DNA of 64,000 nucleotides from an uncultured Aliarcobacter sp. (GTDB lineage Bacteria > Campylobacterota > Campylobacteria > Campylobacterales > Arcobacteraceae). Each line of letters starts with the position of its first letter. Within the stretch, counting starts at the first letter, position 1. Below, in pieces: positions 41,689-52,738 of the stretch. Below the pieces are notes generated by a model. That model did no database searches, had not been told where the DNA came from, and saw nothing but the letters and a program-made list of their open reading frames with translations. The stretch spans positions 768,001 to 832,000 of the forward strand of contig CAXXLV010000002.1 in NCBI GenBank assembly GCA_963664305.2, given 5' to 3'. Position numbers and translations under genes: made by a program.

Positions 41689-42178
41689 ATTCATCTCCTT
41701 TTAGTATTTTTTTATTTATTAAATATTTTTTTAATTGTTCAATAGTTTCATTTGAAATACATAACATATCTATTTTTTCAAATATATTTAAATGTTTTTT
41801 TTCTTTATTGTAAAATGATATTGAACCACCTCCAAATATTGTTCCATTTGATTTAGTTACTTTAAATGATTTATAATCAAAAAATTTGCTCTTTAAAAAA
41901 TATTTATATATTAGACAAGCCCTATCATTTGTAAAAACTAATCTTTCAAATAAAAATATTCCTAGAAAATCTAATATGAAAAATACTATTACAATCATTG
42001 AAATTATTTTTACTATATAATTTTGGAACATTAAAACGAAAAATAATCCTATTAAAATACCAAATATTCTAAAGCCTAAAGCAAATATTCTTCCATAGAA
42101 ACCATATTCAATTTCAAGTAAAATTTCTTTTCCATCTATATATTTTTTTCCATCTTTCTCTTCTATATTTAATGCCAT
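41672..42178 (-). CDS. 2-TM membrane protein, putative immunity
   Basis: Two TMs; overlaps the start of the downstream truncated ORF. Confidence 0.55.
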   Translation of the reverse strand: MALNIEEKDGKKYIDGKEILLEIEYGFYGRIFALGFRIFGILIGLFFVLMFQNYIVKIISMIVIVFFILDFLGIFLFERLVFTNDRACLIYKYFLKSKFFDYKSFKVTKSNGTIFGGGSISFYNKEKKHLNIFEKIDMLCISNETIEQLKKYLINKKILKGDEYEWIN

Positions 42179-42333
42179 ACAATTACCTCTCTAAATCTAT
42201 TCTTCATATTAAATCTTCTCTTATTCATTTCATAACTTTTTTTCTAATTTTTTTATTCTACCAATTAAATATCACATTTTATGTCACAAAAATATCTTTT
42301 TTTTGTTTTTTATTATTTTGTTGTTTTTTCATT

Positions 42334-42434
42334 TTAAGCTACTGATTTTTCAAATTCAAAAATAATATCATCTCCATTTCCAGAAGTTATAACATCATCA
42401 AAGTATGTTCCTGTTATATCATCTGCGTTTATTG
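42334..42434 (-). pseudogene. RTX-type Ca-binding repeat fragment
   Basis: INADDITGTYFDDVITSGNGDDIIFEFEKSVA*, cut by element B. Confidence 0.6.
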
Positions 42435-42600
42435 TGATCTGTCAACATTAACTAGGACACAAAATTCTGAATAATATTTTCCTAAATCTCTTATATTTGA
42501 AACTCGACTTTATGTTTTGGTTAAAAGTTCCAAAACTACAGGTTATTGAACTTGTTTTTATAATTCATATTTTTGTGTCTTATTTTCTGTTGACAGATTA
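42435..42600 (+). mobile_element. IS3-like miniature element copy B (166 bp)
   Basis: Terminal inverted repeats TGATCTGTCAACATTAACTAGGACAC and GTGTCTTATTTTCTGTTGACAGATTA; no transposase. Confidence 0.75.
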
Positions 42601-42938
42601 AACCTTTAATTTCATTCACATATATAGAGTTCCACTTGTCAGTGAATTCTATCTGAATAAATAAGTTTACCAATTGCATATAATTATAAAACAGATTATG
42701 AATTTCAAAACTTTAATAATTTGAACACAATTAATGTAAAAAGATAATTAAAATATTTCGTTGTTTATATTTAATATAAATTGAGTTATTTATAAGTTAT
42801 AATTAAATAACTCAAATAAATATATTGTTTAATGAGTATCTTGGTATGAATTCTAAATAAGATTTATTGATGATAGAACAAGTATTTTGAGTTATAAGAT
42901 TTTTTAAAAAAGTTATAAAATATGTCAAAAAAACTAAA

Positions 42939-45900
42939 ATGTTTATAAGAAGAAAATTTCAGAATATTGAAGATGTTAATAATCAAGTTACTTTTGATAT
43001 TATAATTCAGAACACTATATCAGTAATATTAGGTGAACCTGCATCAGGTAAAACATTTCAATTAAAAAACTATTCCTTTGGTAAAGAAAACATTCTTTTT
43101 AAAGAACTTGTTAATATAGAATTAGAAGAAATTAATATAGATAGTATAGAATTAATCTTTTTAGATTCTATAGATGAAGCATTAAGGGATACTTCTTCAA
43201 TATCTATGAAACAACTTCAAGATAAATTAACTAAATATATCAATAAATGTAAAGAAATAAATCCAAGTATTAAATTTGTTCTTACTTGTAGACAACTTGA
43301 ATGGAATGCATATTTTGCAAATAGTATTAAAGAAATTGATAATTCATTAAAAGTTTATAAAATTCTTGATTTAGAAAAAGCACAAATAGATCTTATATTA
43401 ACAGAAAAGCAAATTGATAATTCTGAATTTTGGAGTTTTATTTCATCTAACTATTTAGATTTTTTACTCAAAAATATTCTAGTGATTTTTAGAATTATTA
43501 ATAACTATAATGAATATAAAACAAAAACTGTTAACTATACAGATATTTATATTGATATTATAAAAGAACATTTAACAGTTAAAGGTGATGATAGAGATGA
43601 ATTAGTTACACAAAAGTCATTAACTGAATTAATAGATATATCATCTTCTTTAGCTACTTATATGATTTTAAATAGACAATCAACAATATCGACTGATGAT
43701 AATTTAAGTATATTAACAGATAAATTATATATGGTTAATATGAGTCTTATTAGCATTGATGATTTAAAAATAATACTTAATTCTTCACTATTTGATAAGG
43801 AAGGAAATAGTTTTAGTTTTTTTCATAAATCAATGCAAGAGTTTCTTATGGCTTACTTTATCAATAAAAAAAGTCTTAATTTAGAAACAATAAAAAAAGT
43901 TTTTTCTCATGAAATGAGATTTTATGAAGAATTTGAAGAAATTATTATTTACTTGACAAATTTAAATAACTCTTTTTTTAATGAAATTGTTAACTTTGAT
44001 CCGTTGATTTTTAGAAGACATCCAAATTTAAATGCAGAGCAGCAAGAAAAACTATTAGAAACTATGCTTAATAAACTTAAAATAGAAAAATCAATTATAT
44101 ATGGGAAATGGAATTATTTTGATAATAATTCACTTTTAAATTTTAACAAGCTTTCTAATATATCTCATATTGTAAAAGAAAATATTAATGAAAATCATCT
44201 TGACAAAGTTTTATATACTTATTTAATTAAACTTTTACATTACAACTATCATCAAGAGTTAGAAGAAGTAATATTCAAAATCTTAGAGGACTATAATAAA
44301 TCGCAGAATAATCAGCAGAAAAAAGAACCATCAGAAGATAGTGATGTTATTAAAGGCAATGTAAAAACTCGTGAACTTATAGTTGATACATTTGTCGATA
44401 ACTTTAATATAAATTGTAGATTATATGATTTTATGAATAAAAATGGTTTATTGAATGAAAATATTCATAAAATCTCTATGGTAAGTTTTGAAGCAAAACT
44501 TTTTGAATCACTTTACGGTATAAAATATAGTAATAGATATTCAAATCCTAAAAAAGTAACTGTCAATTCTACAAACTATTCTTTTGAAGAACTTTTACAG
44601 TTATTATTAAGTATTCCATATAGAGATTTACAATATATTGTTCCATTTTTAAAACAAAAGGATAGTCTAAAATGGTTTGAGTTTGTAAAAAGCCAAAAAA
44701 AAGTAAATTATGAAATTAATCTTTGGGCTATTTATGGGTTACTATTACACAATAATTCAAAAGAAGCAGTAAAGTTAGTCTTTGAATATTTATCAAGACC
44801 TATGGTATATCTACACATAGAAAAACAGGATATTGAAGATATGCCTTTTGAATTTAAAAAACTTGCAGATGATTTTTGGGAAGTTTATTTTCAAATGCAT
44901 GTAGATAATGTCTATTCTTTTACTGGTATATTTAAAATACTTCATATTTCTTTAGATGATATAATAAAGGCTACTGAAAAATATCCAATTGAAAAATATA
45001 CTAAATATTATGTACCACTTAGATTAAGTGAGAATATTGATGAATTTTTGATGTCAAATAGTATATTTGAATTATATATTCAGCAGTTAAAAAAAGAGCA
45101 AAAAGAAAGACAAAAAAAATGGGATGAGGAGTATAAAAAGAAAAAAAAAGAGATTGAACCAACTGAGCCCTCTGAATCTTTAAAAAGTATAATAGCAGCT
45201 AAAGAAATATATGATGAAAGTAAAAAATCATTAGAAACATTTCAAGATATTTTTAATGTTTTTTTATATGAAAGAATGTATGAAGAAAAAAATGAGCACT
45301 TAATAGATGAAACATTTAATAAAGAACAAAAAGAACAATTATTCTCTTATGCCCATAATAATTTTAAACAAGATATAGATTATTTGAAATTTAAAGAAAA
45401 TGTTTATTCACATAGAGTAGATTTAACATGTCTTTATATTTGTTATTTAAAAAGACTTGATAATGAAAGCTTATTAAAATATGTAAATACAAAAGAAACA
45501 TACGAAAAAGTATATTGGCATGTATTTAGACTTTCAAAAATGGATGAATCTTTTTTTATATATTTAACTCAAAAATATTTTGATTTTTTTATAGAGTTAT
45601 TTACTGAAACATTTAAGCTTTCACTAGAACAAAGTAATAATACAAGGGCTGTTTCATTACAAGGATTTTTTAACCTAGTAGAAAAATGTGAGAAATTTAA
45701 TAAAAATACTTTATCTGAAGTAATCAAATTAATTAGTTCTCTTGATCCTCACATTTTTATTAATATAGAAACATACAATCAAAATGAACTTTTAAAAGTA
45801 TTAGTATTAGATCAAAGTATGTATGATTATATAGAATCTTTAATGAAGTATGACAATTTTAAGTCAAAAAAATATTTAGATACTTTATTAAAATTAGATA

Positions 45901-46493
45901 CTAAAAAAGCAATTGGCAACTATATGAATTTATATTTAGATGAAGAAAAATATATTAAAAAGTCGTTTTGGGAAAAAATTAAAAGTTTTTTTAAAAAAGA
46001 AGAAATTATAGAAGTGCATAAATATAATAACCCTTTAATTAATCCTATTAAGATTAACTTATTAATGAATCTACTTTTTTCAATAAGTTCATCAAAAAAA
46101 ATAGATTTAATTTCAGATGAATACTTAAATATAATTATTCAAGATTATTATGAATTTTTTAAAGAATATGAATTTCAAGAAGGAATAGTTCAATATCCTG
46201 ATTATGATAGTATGAATAATATTATCTATACTATTTGGTCGATACTTAGTGCTAGTAGTGACCATATCTTGTTATTAAAAGAATTATCATCAAATGAAAA
46301 TGACAGAATATCAAATGCAGCTAAGTTTTATTTGGATAAAGCATATAATCAACAACAAAAAGATAGAACTTTACCAAATAGTTATTATAAAGCAATATTT
46401 GATAGTGAAAAAAAGAATACAAAAAAAGTAGTTAATCAGGGAATATATATAGCAGGTAATGTTCAAGGTAATGTTACTCTTACAAAAAATTAG
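42939..46493 (+). CDS. NACHT/STAND-type NTPase without N-terminal effector
   Basis: GEPASGKT at residue ~32, FLDSIDE, LTCR, and winged-helix motif FSFFHKSMQEFLMA; long helical C-terminal region. Confidence 0.85.
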   Translation: MFIRRKFQNIEDVNNQVTFDIIIQNTISVILGEPASGKTFQLKNYSFGKENILFKELVNIELEEINIDSIELIFLDSIDEALRDTSSISMKQLQDKLTKYINKCKEINPSIKFVLTCRQLEWNAYFANSIKEIDNSLKVYKILDLEKAQIDLILTEKQIDNSEFWSFISSNYLDFLLKNILVIFRIINNYNEYKTKTVNYTDIYIDIIKEHLTVKGDDRDELVTQKSLTELIDISSSLATYMILNRQSTISTDDNLSILTDKLYMVNMSLISIDDLKIILNSSLFDKEGNSFSFFHKSMQEFLMAYFINKKSLNLETIKKVFSHEMRFYEEFEEIIIYLTNLNNSFFNEIVNFDPLIFRRHPNLNAEQQEKLLETMLNKLKIEKSIIYGKWNYFDNNSLLNFNKLSNISHIVKENINENHLDKVLYTYLIKLLHYNYHQELEEVIFKILEDYNKSQNNQQKKEPSEDSDVIKGNVKTRELIVDTFVDNFNINCRLYDFMNKNGLLNENIHKISMVSFEAKLFESLYGIKYSNRYSNPKKVTVNSTNYSFEELLQLLLSIPYRDLQYIVPFLKQKDSLKWFEFVKSQKKVNYEINLWAIYGLLLHNNSKEAVKLVFEYLSRPMVYLHIEKQDIEDMPFEFKKLADDFWEVYFQMHVDNVYSFTGIFKILHISLDDIIKATEKYPIEKYTKYYVPLRLSENIDEFLMSNSIFELYIQQLKKEQKERQKKWDEEYKKKKKEIEPTEPSESLKSIIAAKEIYDESKKSLETFQDIFNVFLYERMYEEKNEHLIDETFNKEQKEQLFSYAHNNFKQDIDYLKFKENVYSHRVDLTCLYICYLKRLDNESLLKYVNTKETYEKVYWHVFRLSKMDESFFIYLTQKYFDFFIELFTETFKLSLEQSNNTRAVSLQGFFNLVEKCEKFNKNTLSEVIKLISSLDPHIFINIETYNQNELLKVLVLDQSMYDYIESLMKYDNFKSKKYLDTLLKLDTKKAIGNYMNLYLDEEKYIKKSFWEKIKSFFKKEEIIEVHKYNNPLINPIKINLLMNLLFSISSSKKIDLISDEYLNIIIQDYYEFFKEYEFQEGIVQYPDYDSMNNIIYTIWSILSASSDHILLLKELSSNENDRISNAAKFYLDKAYNQQQKDRTLPNSYYKAIFDSEKKNTKKVVNQGIYIAGNVQGNVTLTKN

Positions 46494-46517
46494 AACTTAA
46501 ATTATGGAGAATAAAGT

Positions 46518-47402
46518 TTGGCAAAAAAAGTAGAAAATGATGGTATTTATGTAGGGGGTGATGTCTATGGTGATGTATCTATGAATAAAGGGAATAATGA
46601 TAAACCTATCTGGAATACAATTGGAAAATGGGCTTCTATTGCTACACTAATAGGTTTCCTTTTATCTATTTATTTTTATTTAAATCCTATAGATATTAAT
46701 ACACAAAACAATGATAAGAAAGAAAGTGATTTACAAAGTCAAAATATTCAATCTCAACAAAACATTCATGGAGAGACTATAGTAGTAAATAATAATTATA
46801 AAGAGAATGTTATATCTGAAGAAACAATAACTGTTAATAAAGAAAAAAATCTTGAAAAAATTTTTATTGGAAGTGGACGTAAATTTATAGAAAGTTTATT
46901 TGGTATACCTATTATTGAAATTGATCATAAAGAACTTAATGTGATTGAAGTAAATTATTCATTTGAAAATTTCTATTTACAGTTTCTTTATAATACGATG
47001 GGTGAAGTTCAGTTTTACTCTGTAACATCAAAAAATGTTAACTTTAAACCTACTATACCATTATTTGATATCAAATTAGGCAATTATTCTTTTTATGAAT
47101 TTGGAAAAGATTCAACTTACCTTTATAGTTATTTAACTTCAAAACATTATGGATATGCAGAGTATATTTATGGAGGTAATAGTGGAAATTATCATAATTA
47201 TTACTTTGGCTATAATTCTGCAGGAGTAGATTATGGTGAAATATATCCTTTTACTAATCATGAAAATAAAAATGAATTAGAAAAGTTTCGTAAAACTTGT
47301 ATACCGAATACATTTGGAGTTGGGGATATAGGAAAGATTTCTGATGATAAATTATATTATGAGATGGGTATTGAATATTATACTTCAAGAGATATAAATT
47401 AA
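46518..47402 (+). CDS. single-TM protein with N-terminal G-x3-G motif and soluble C-terminal domain (ETEC_3214-like by recollection)
   Basis: GGAG RBS, TTG start; TM WASIATLIGFLLSIYFYL; YIYGGNSGNYHNYYFG...PNTF. Confidence 0.65.
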   Translation: MAKKVENDGIYVGGDVYGDVSMNKGNNDKPIWNTIGKWASIATLIGFLLSIYFYLNPIDINTQNNDKKESDLQSQNIQSQQNIHGETIVVNNNYKENVISEETITVNKEKNLEKIFIGSGRKFIESLFGIPIIEIDHKELNVIEVNYSFENFYLQFLYNTMGEVQFYSVTSKNVNFKPTIPLFDIKLGNYSFYEFGKDSTYLYSYLTSKHYGYAEYIYGGNSGNYHNYYFGYNSAGVDYGEIYPFTNHENKNELEKFRKTCIPNTFGVGDIGKISDDKLYYEMGIEYYTSRDIN

Positions 47403-47758
47403 ATGAGTAAAAGTATTTTCAATTTATTTCAAAATAAGTATCTAATACTTTAATAACTTTGTCTAGAAAGTATAAATTTAAGTTTTCTAATTCAATTTGA
47501 TGAGTATATTTAGCTAATCATTTATTTCTTCATTGAAAATAAAGTGGAATATACTGTAATGTAGACAAGGATAGTTAATTATAAGAGACATTAATTTAAT
47601 TTTTATAAATTTTTCGCTCATTTTACACTTCATTTAAAAAATTTCATTTTTTTAAGATTTAAAATTATAAATTGTTATCAATTTGTTTAAAATGACAAAT
47701 CATATAATTAATACTATTATTTAGGAGATTCAAACAATAAATAATATATTTGTAATAG

Positions 47759-47951
47759 TAATCTGTTAACAAGTAATAGGACGCAAAATTCTGAACAGTC
47801 TTTGCATCAACCTCTTACTTTTTGAGCAGTTTTTGCTAACAAAAAGTTTTTCTCAAAAAGAGTTGACTTATTGAACATGTTCAATAAGTACAGGTTGTGG
47901 AACAAGCATCTTGATAACTCATTTTTTGTCCTATTTAGTGTTGATAAATCA
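47759..47951 (+). mobile_element. IS3-like miniature element copy C (193 bp)
   Basis: TAATCTGTTAACAAGTAATAGGACGC...TACAGGTTGTGGAAC...GTCCTATTTAGTGTTGATAAATCA. Confidence 0.7.
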
Positions 47952-48115
47952 TATCAAGTTTTCGTATATATTTATAAATGATTGAAAATACATAAGATTA
48001 ATTTTAAATAAAAAATTATAATTTAATTTCTGAATTATAAAAAGAGTAATTTGTGAGTTTTTTATTTGATAATATTATTTCATCTTAAATTCATAGTTGA
48101 ATTAAAAGGAAATAA

Positions 48116-49150
48116 GTGAAATTTCTATTTAGAGAATTATTTAAAAGATTAAAATTTAGATATGTAATATTAATTTTAGTATTGTCAATTCCTCTTAGTT
48201 ATGCTTTTCAATATGTAGTAAATGTAACTTTAATCTCAAAAAATGAATTTCCTTTAGATAAATCTCCAAATCCACAAGCAACAGAACATTTTATAAAAGC
48301 AATGGAATATAGAAATTATATTGCACATGTACATAACTTTGTAGATTATGATAATTTTTTAATCAAACCACTATTAACTAAAATGAATGAAGAATATGAA
48401 AAGGGAAAATCATTGCTTCCAAAAACTTCGGCAGAAGATGTATATTGGTATGTGATACTTTATAGAGGGATATATGGAATAGGAGGAATTCCAGATGATT
48501 ATGATATGTCAATGGCATATAAAACAACCTTGACAAAAGAAGAATATAAAAAACATTATGAAGAAATAGTTGATAAAATAAAAAGATTTGCAATAAATGA
48601 TTTTAATTATGATGTACCAAGAGTAACAAACTATAAATTTGAATTCATGAGTGATTTAGTAAATGAATATGATAAAACAGTAGGTTTATTAAGCAAAGAA
48701 TTTTTTGTTTCAAATAAGTATACACAAGATTTAAATGAGATATATATTTATTATAAGCAATTTAGAGATAAATACTTACCTTTGGCAAATAAACAAGATA
48801 AAAATAATCTTGTAGCACTTCATGACGAAATTTTATTTTTTTTAAAATTTATTACATATAAAGAATATCTTCAAAAAAGACAAATATATTGTAATGATGA
48901 AAAATATAAATTATTACTAACAAAAATGAAAGAACTAAAAAACTTAAAAACAAAAGAAAAACAAATGCTAGATGATTATATAGTAAATGTATTTGAAAAG
49001 AGTATTTGGCTTTATCAATTAACTTTAATGTTACAAGAATGCAAAAATTTAGAAAAAGAACCAAAAGAAATATTAGAGTATTTTCATCCAAAAATAAAAC
49101 AGAGATATGAAGAAGAGTTAAATAATTTTAAAAATAAATTAAAAGGCTAA
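48116..49150 (+). CDS. membrane-anchored hypothetical protein, putative immunity
   Basis: N-terminal TM; 3 bp upstream of the LysM protein. Confidence 0.55.
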   Translation: MKFLFRELFKRLKFRYVILILVLSIPLSYAFQYVVNVTLISKNEFPLDKSPNPQATEHFIKAMEYRNYIAHVHNFVDYDNFLIKPLLTKMNEEYEKGKSLLPKTSAEDVYWYVILYRGIYGIGGIPDDYDMSMAYKTTLTKEEYKKHYEEIVDKIKRFAINDFNYDVPRVTNYKFEFMSDLVNEYDKTVGLLSKEFFVSNKYTQDLNEIYIYYKQFRDKYLPLANKQDKNNLVALHDEILFFLKFITYKEYLQKRQIYCNDEKYKLLLTKMKELKNLKTKEKQMLDDYIVNVFEKSIWLYQLTLMLQECKNLEKEPKEILEYFHPKIKQRYEEELNNFKNKLKG

Positions 49151-49153
49151 AAC

Positions 49154-50626
49154 ATGGATACACAAGAATATCAAATTGGTACAAAAGCTTTTAGTAGTAA
49201 AGAAGAGTATGATAAATACCTCGAAATCTCTAATATGATTGATAAAATTTGTACAGTAGCAGATATCGTAAATACAGTAGCAAGTACAAATAAATATGTA
49301 AAATTGGCAATGAATTTTTGTGATGATAATGGCGAAATTTTAGATGTTATTGAAATTTTTTCTCCTGTTTTAGAAGAAGGACAAACAGAAAGAGAAATAT
49401 TTGCAAGTATTGGTTCAAAAATTGTTAAACTTGAAGTAGAAACAGCTTTTGAATCTATTGGAGAAACAGCAGGAATAAGTGTAGGTACAGGGTTAGTTTC
49501 TATTGGAGTTATAGGTACAGCAGGAATTGGAACTGTTCCTGCATATATAATGGGAGCTGCTACTGGTGGTGCAACATATTTAGGATATAAATTTGTAGGA
49601 GTAGGAGTTGGACATTATGCAGAAAAATACTCTTATGGAGAATTTTTAGAATTATATGATAAATATGTAAAAAATACTGAAGAAAATAATAAACATGCAG
49701 AAAGTGCAGTATTTCTTGATAGTTCAACAAACGAAAAAACTACATTTGAAATAAATCAAGAAACAGTAGTATTAGAACCAATTATTGTACAAGACTTAAC
49801 AACTGGCTCAATAGTTTCTTTAAAATCAGGACAAACAATTTCCCATATAGCAGCAAATACAGAATTTACAACAATGGATTTACTGAAATATAATAATCTT
49901 ACCCTAGAACAAGCAAAAAATTTTCCAATAGGTTTTGAAATACAAATTCCAAAAAGTATAGAGAATTTTGATGGTGGATATGGAAATATAAAATTATATA
50001 CATCATACGATGGAACTCTTACATATTATATTCCAGATGAAAAAGGTAATGTAAATGTAATAAAAATTAATAGTGATGGAGAAATTTTACAGAACGATTT
50101 TGATACAAATGGAACATTGTTAGATGAAATAGTAGTAAATCCAAATGATAATCAATCATATAATGATGCAAAAACAATGGAAGAATTGTTGAAAGACCCA
50201 AATAATCTAGTAAAAATAGATGATGGGATATTGTATGCAGATAGTGGACAAATAAAAACTGATGTAAATTATGATAAAGATAGCCAAACCTTGTTTTATG
50301 AAGATGAAAATGGAAATCTTCAACAAATAACATATGAAGAGAATAGTGACTTACTAATCTATGGAGATACTAGTAACCCAGATAAAATAACCTTCACAGA
50401 TGAAAATGGAGATTATCAAGTATGGGAGAAAGATAATGAGGGTAACTTTGTACAAACAAATAAAGTAGATTATTCAGGAACTCTAAATACAGCAATAAAT
50501 CAAATAGGAAGCTTGATTATAATGAATAATCAAGATTTCTCTAATATAGAGAAAATTGCTGTAAGTACAACAGTATCAACTATCGCTGATTTTGCAACAT
50601 ATAAAACAAAAAGGAAGATATTATGA
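49154..50626 (+). CDS. putative toxin: Gly-rich hydrophobic N-domain, LysM and conserved acidic block
   Basis: GISVGTGLVSIGVIGTAGIG...GAATGG; LysM LKSGQTISHIA...LLKYNNL...IGFEIQIP; ADSGQIKTDVNYDKD block. Confidence 0.6.
   Translation: MDTQEYQIGTKAFSSKEEYDKYLEISNMIDKICTVADIVNTVASTNKYVKLAMNFCDDNGEILDVIEIFSPVLEEGQTEREIFASIGSKIVKLEVETAFESIGETAGISVGTGLVSIGVIGTAGIGTVPAYIMGAATGGATYLGYKFVGVGVGHYAEKYSYGEFLELYDKYVKNTEENNKHAESAVFLDSSTNEKTTFEINQETVVLEPIIVQDLTTGSIVSLKSGQTISHIAANTEFTTMDLLKYNNLTLEQAKNFPIGFEIQIPKSIENFDGGYGNIKLYTSYDGTLTYYIPDEKGNVNVIKINSDGEILQNDFDTNGTLLDEIVVNPNDNQSYNDAKTMEELLKDPNNLVKIDDGILYADSGQIKTDVNYDKDSQTLFYEDENGNLQQITYEENSDLLIYGDTSNPDKITFTDENGDYQVWEKDNEGNFVQTNKVDYSGTLNTAINQIGSLIIMNNQDFSNIEKIAVSTTVSTIADFATYKTKRKIL
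50237..50317 (+). repeat. 81-bp identical direct repeat (copy 2 at 51927-52007)
   Basis: GCAGATAGTGGACAAATAAAAACTGATG...GAAGATGAAAATGGAAAT is identical in both ORFs. Confidence 0.95.
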
Positions 50627-51297
50627 AAAAAATATTTTTAATTTTACTATTCTTTAATATATATTTAAATGCAGATGAAAATATAAAGTTTTATAATCCA
50701 AGTTTTAGTTGTGATAAAGTTAAAAAAGATAGTGTGGAATATGAAATTTGTATTGACGAAATACTATCCTTGCAAGATTTAATTTTGACAAATAACTATA
50801 ATTCTTTAATTAAATTAACAAAACTTAATACAAATAAAATAAAAGATGAACAAAAAACTTGGTTAATAAATAGAAAACAGTGTAAAGATTATAAATGTAT
50901 AAAAATATCTTATGAAGAAAGAATAAAACAGCTCAATTATATTTATGAACTATTTATAAAAAATGATTTTCTTCCATTGGAAAAAATAAATATAGCTAAT
51001 CCAGATGAAGAACAAAATAATATTACTTTAAAATATAATTTTGTTTGTAAACCTAATAAAGATTTACCCATAATTGCAAGAGATAAAGACTTTTATTTTA
51101 TAGAAAACTTAAGTAATTATCAAGATAGAAATTTTATTTTTTTTGTAAAAAGTACTTTTATTGATGAAATATCAAATGAACAAATATTAAAAGGAACTCT
51201 TATATTTGATGGTGGACAAACTTACCAACCAACAGCAATAGATTTTTTTACTTATAGTAAAAATTGGGATTGTGAATTAAATACTTCTAAATATTAA
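50623..51297 (+). CDS. LprI/DUF1311-type lysozyme inhibitor
   Basis: Signal peptide; PSFSCDK...EYEIC...LQD...EQKTWLINRKQC...C...YEERIKQL. Confidence 0.82.
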   Translation: MKKIFLILLFFNIYLNADENIKFYNPSFSCDKVKKDSVEYEICIDEILSLQDLILTNNYNSLIKLTKLNTNKIKDEQKTWLINRKQCKDYKCIKISYEERIKQLNYIYELFIKNDFLPLEKINIANPDEEQNNITLKYNFVCKPNKDLPIIARDKDFYFIENLSNYQDRNFIFFVKSTFIDEISNEQILKGTLIFDGGQTYQPTAIDFFTYSKNWDCELNTSKY

Positions 51298-51302
51298 AGG
51301 AA

Positions 51303-52037
51303 TTGATTATGGATAATATGAAAGTATCAGAGCAACTTAAAGATTTTATAAAAAATTATGAGAAATTAGAACTAAAGACATATCAAGATGAAGCTGGAGT
51401 TTGGACAGTAGGATATGGGCATACTGGTAAAAATATTGTTAAGAATATGACAATAACACAAAGCCAAGCGGATAGTTTCTTATCTAATGATTTAAGTAAA
51501 TTTGAAAGTACAGTTAATCAATATGTGAAAGTTCCACTTTCACAAAATCAATTTGATGCTCTAGTCGCTTTTTCTTATAATATAGGTATGGGTGGATTTA
51601 AAAATTCTACATTATTAAAACTATTAAATAATAGTGATTACGAAGGTGCTAGTTTAGAATTCCAGAAGTGGAATAAAATAACAATTAATGGTGAAAAAAA
51701 AACTTCTGATGGTTTATCTGTTAGAAGATATGATGAAGAAAATATTTTTAAAGATAATATTTATAATAGAACAGATATTGAAACTTATAGGCAAGAATTA
51801 TCTAAAGAAAATAATAATGAATCATCTACTGATACAGGAAATAATGACCAAGCTAATAATGATACAGAATATATGAAAGACCAAGATGGGAAAGATATAC
51901 CAGATATAAAAGATGGGACCTTAGTAGCAGATAGTGGACAAATAAAAACTGATGTAAATTATGATAAAGATAGCCAAACCTTGTTTTATGAAGATGAAAA
52001 TGGAAATTATCAAGTTTGGGAAAAAAAGGTTGCATAA
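51303..52037 (+). CDS. GH24 (phage-type) lysozyme with C-terminal conserved block
   Basis: YEKL...YQDEAGVWTVGYGHT, QNQFDALVAFSYNIG and GLSVRRYDE, then ADSGQIKTDVNY... Confidence 0.88.
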   Translation: MIMDNMKVSEQLKDFIKNYEKLELKTYQDEAGVWTVGYGHTGKNIVKNMTITQSQADSFLSNDLSKFESTVNQYVKVPLSQNQFDALVAFSYNIGMGGFKNSTLLKLLNNSDYEGASLEFQKWNKITINGEKKTSDGLSVRRYDEENIFKDNIYNRTDIETYRQELSKENNNESSTDTGNNDQANNDTEYMKDQDGKDIPDIKDGTLVADSGQIKTDVNYDKDSQTLFYEDENGNYQVWEKKVA

Positions 52038-52738
52038 TGGAAGTAAATGATAAAAAGAATATTGAATTAGTACCAGATAAAGATGGATTTTTATTTGAAA
52101 TTGAGGACTATAACTATTTATTAAATAGAATTTGTGGATGGATTGGAGTTGTTGTCGGAAGTCTTTTTATTTTATTTTATTATAAAAATGGAGATATTTT
52201 AGCATTAAGAAATGACGGTCATAGAGGATACTTAATAGTAACAATAGGAGGGACATATATTATCTTTGAAGCCATAAAAGTGCTTATGTATGTTTTAAAA
52301 GATAAAAAGGAAAAAATAAAATTTTATATAGACTATATTTATAGAACAAACAATAATCTAAAAGTTCCTCTTACAAATATTGAAGAAGGATATATCGCAA
52401 AATATAATACATTTTCAAATAAAATTCCATGGAGAATTAGTGTTTTATCAACAATCATAGCTTTTGTATTAGGAGGGTGTATCGTTTTATTTCTTTTTTT
52501 AATAGGTCGATTTATTTACTCTATATTTAAAGGAAAAAAATATACTTTAGAGACCAATAATTTAATTTTGCTTCAAGATAATTATAATAGATATTGTATC
52601 TCTATTTCATTAAATATTGCTACACAAGATGAAATAGAAAAATTAAATCAATATCTCAATCAATATCTTCACACAGATATAAATAAAATGGAAAAGATTC
52701 TTTATAAAATACCTGAATTTAAAAGGAGTAACTTATGA
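52037..52738 (+). CDS. 3-TM membrane protein, putative immunity
   Basis: ATG overlaps the lysozyme stop (TAATG); three hydrophobic segments. Confidence 0.6.
   Translation: MEVNDKKNIELVPDKDGFLFEIEDYNYLLNRICGWIGVVVGSLFILFYYKNGDILALRNDGHRGYLIVTIGGTYIIFEAIKVLMYVLKDKKEKIKFYIDYIYRTNNNLKVPLTNIEEGYIAKYNTFSNKIPWRISVLSTIIAFVLGGCIVLFLFLIGRFIYSIFKGKKYTLETNNLILLQDNYNRYCISISLNIATQDEIEKLNQYLNQYLHTDINKMEKILYKIPEFKRSNL

Noticed and set aside
42255..42290. Eighth copy of the GAGT promoter box
   Set aside because: The repeat is TGTGA with a 12-bp period, not matching the consensus.
46491..46517. Single broken gene joining the STAND ORF and the next ORF (same frame)
   Set aside because: Two in-frame stops (TAG, then TAA) and a separate GGAG RBS before the TTG start.
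51303..52037. Lysozyme as part of a prophage lysis cassette
   Set aside because: No holin/spanin context or structural phage genes; it follows a lysozyme inhibitor and carries the toxin-array block.
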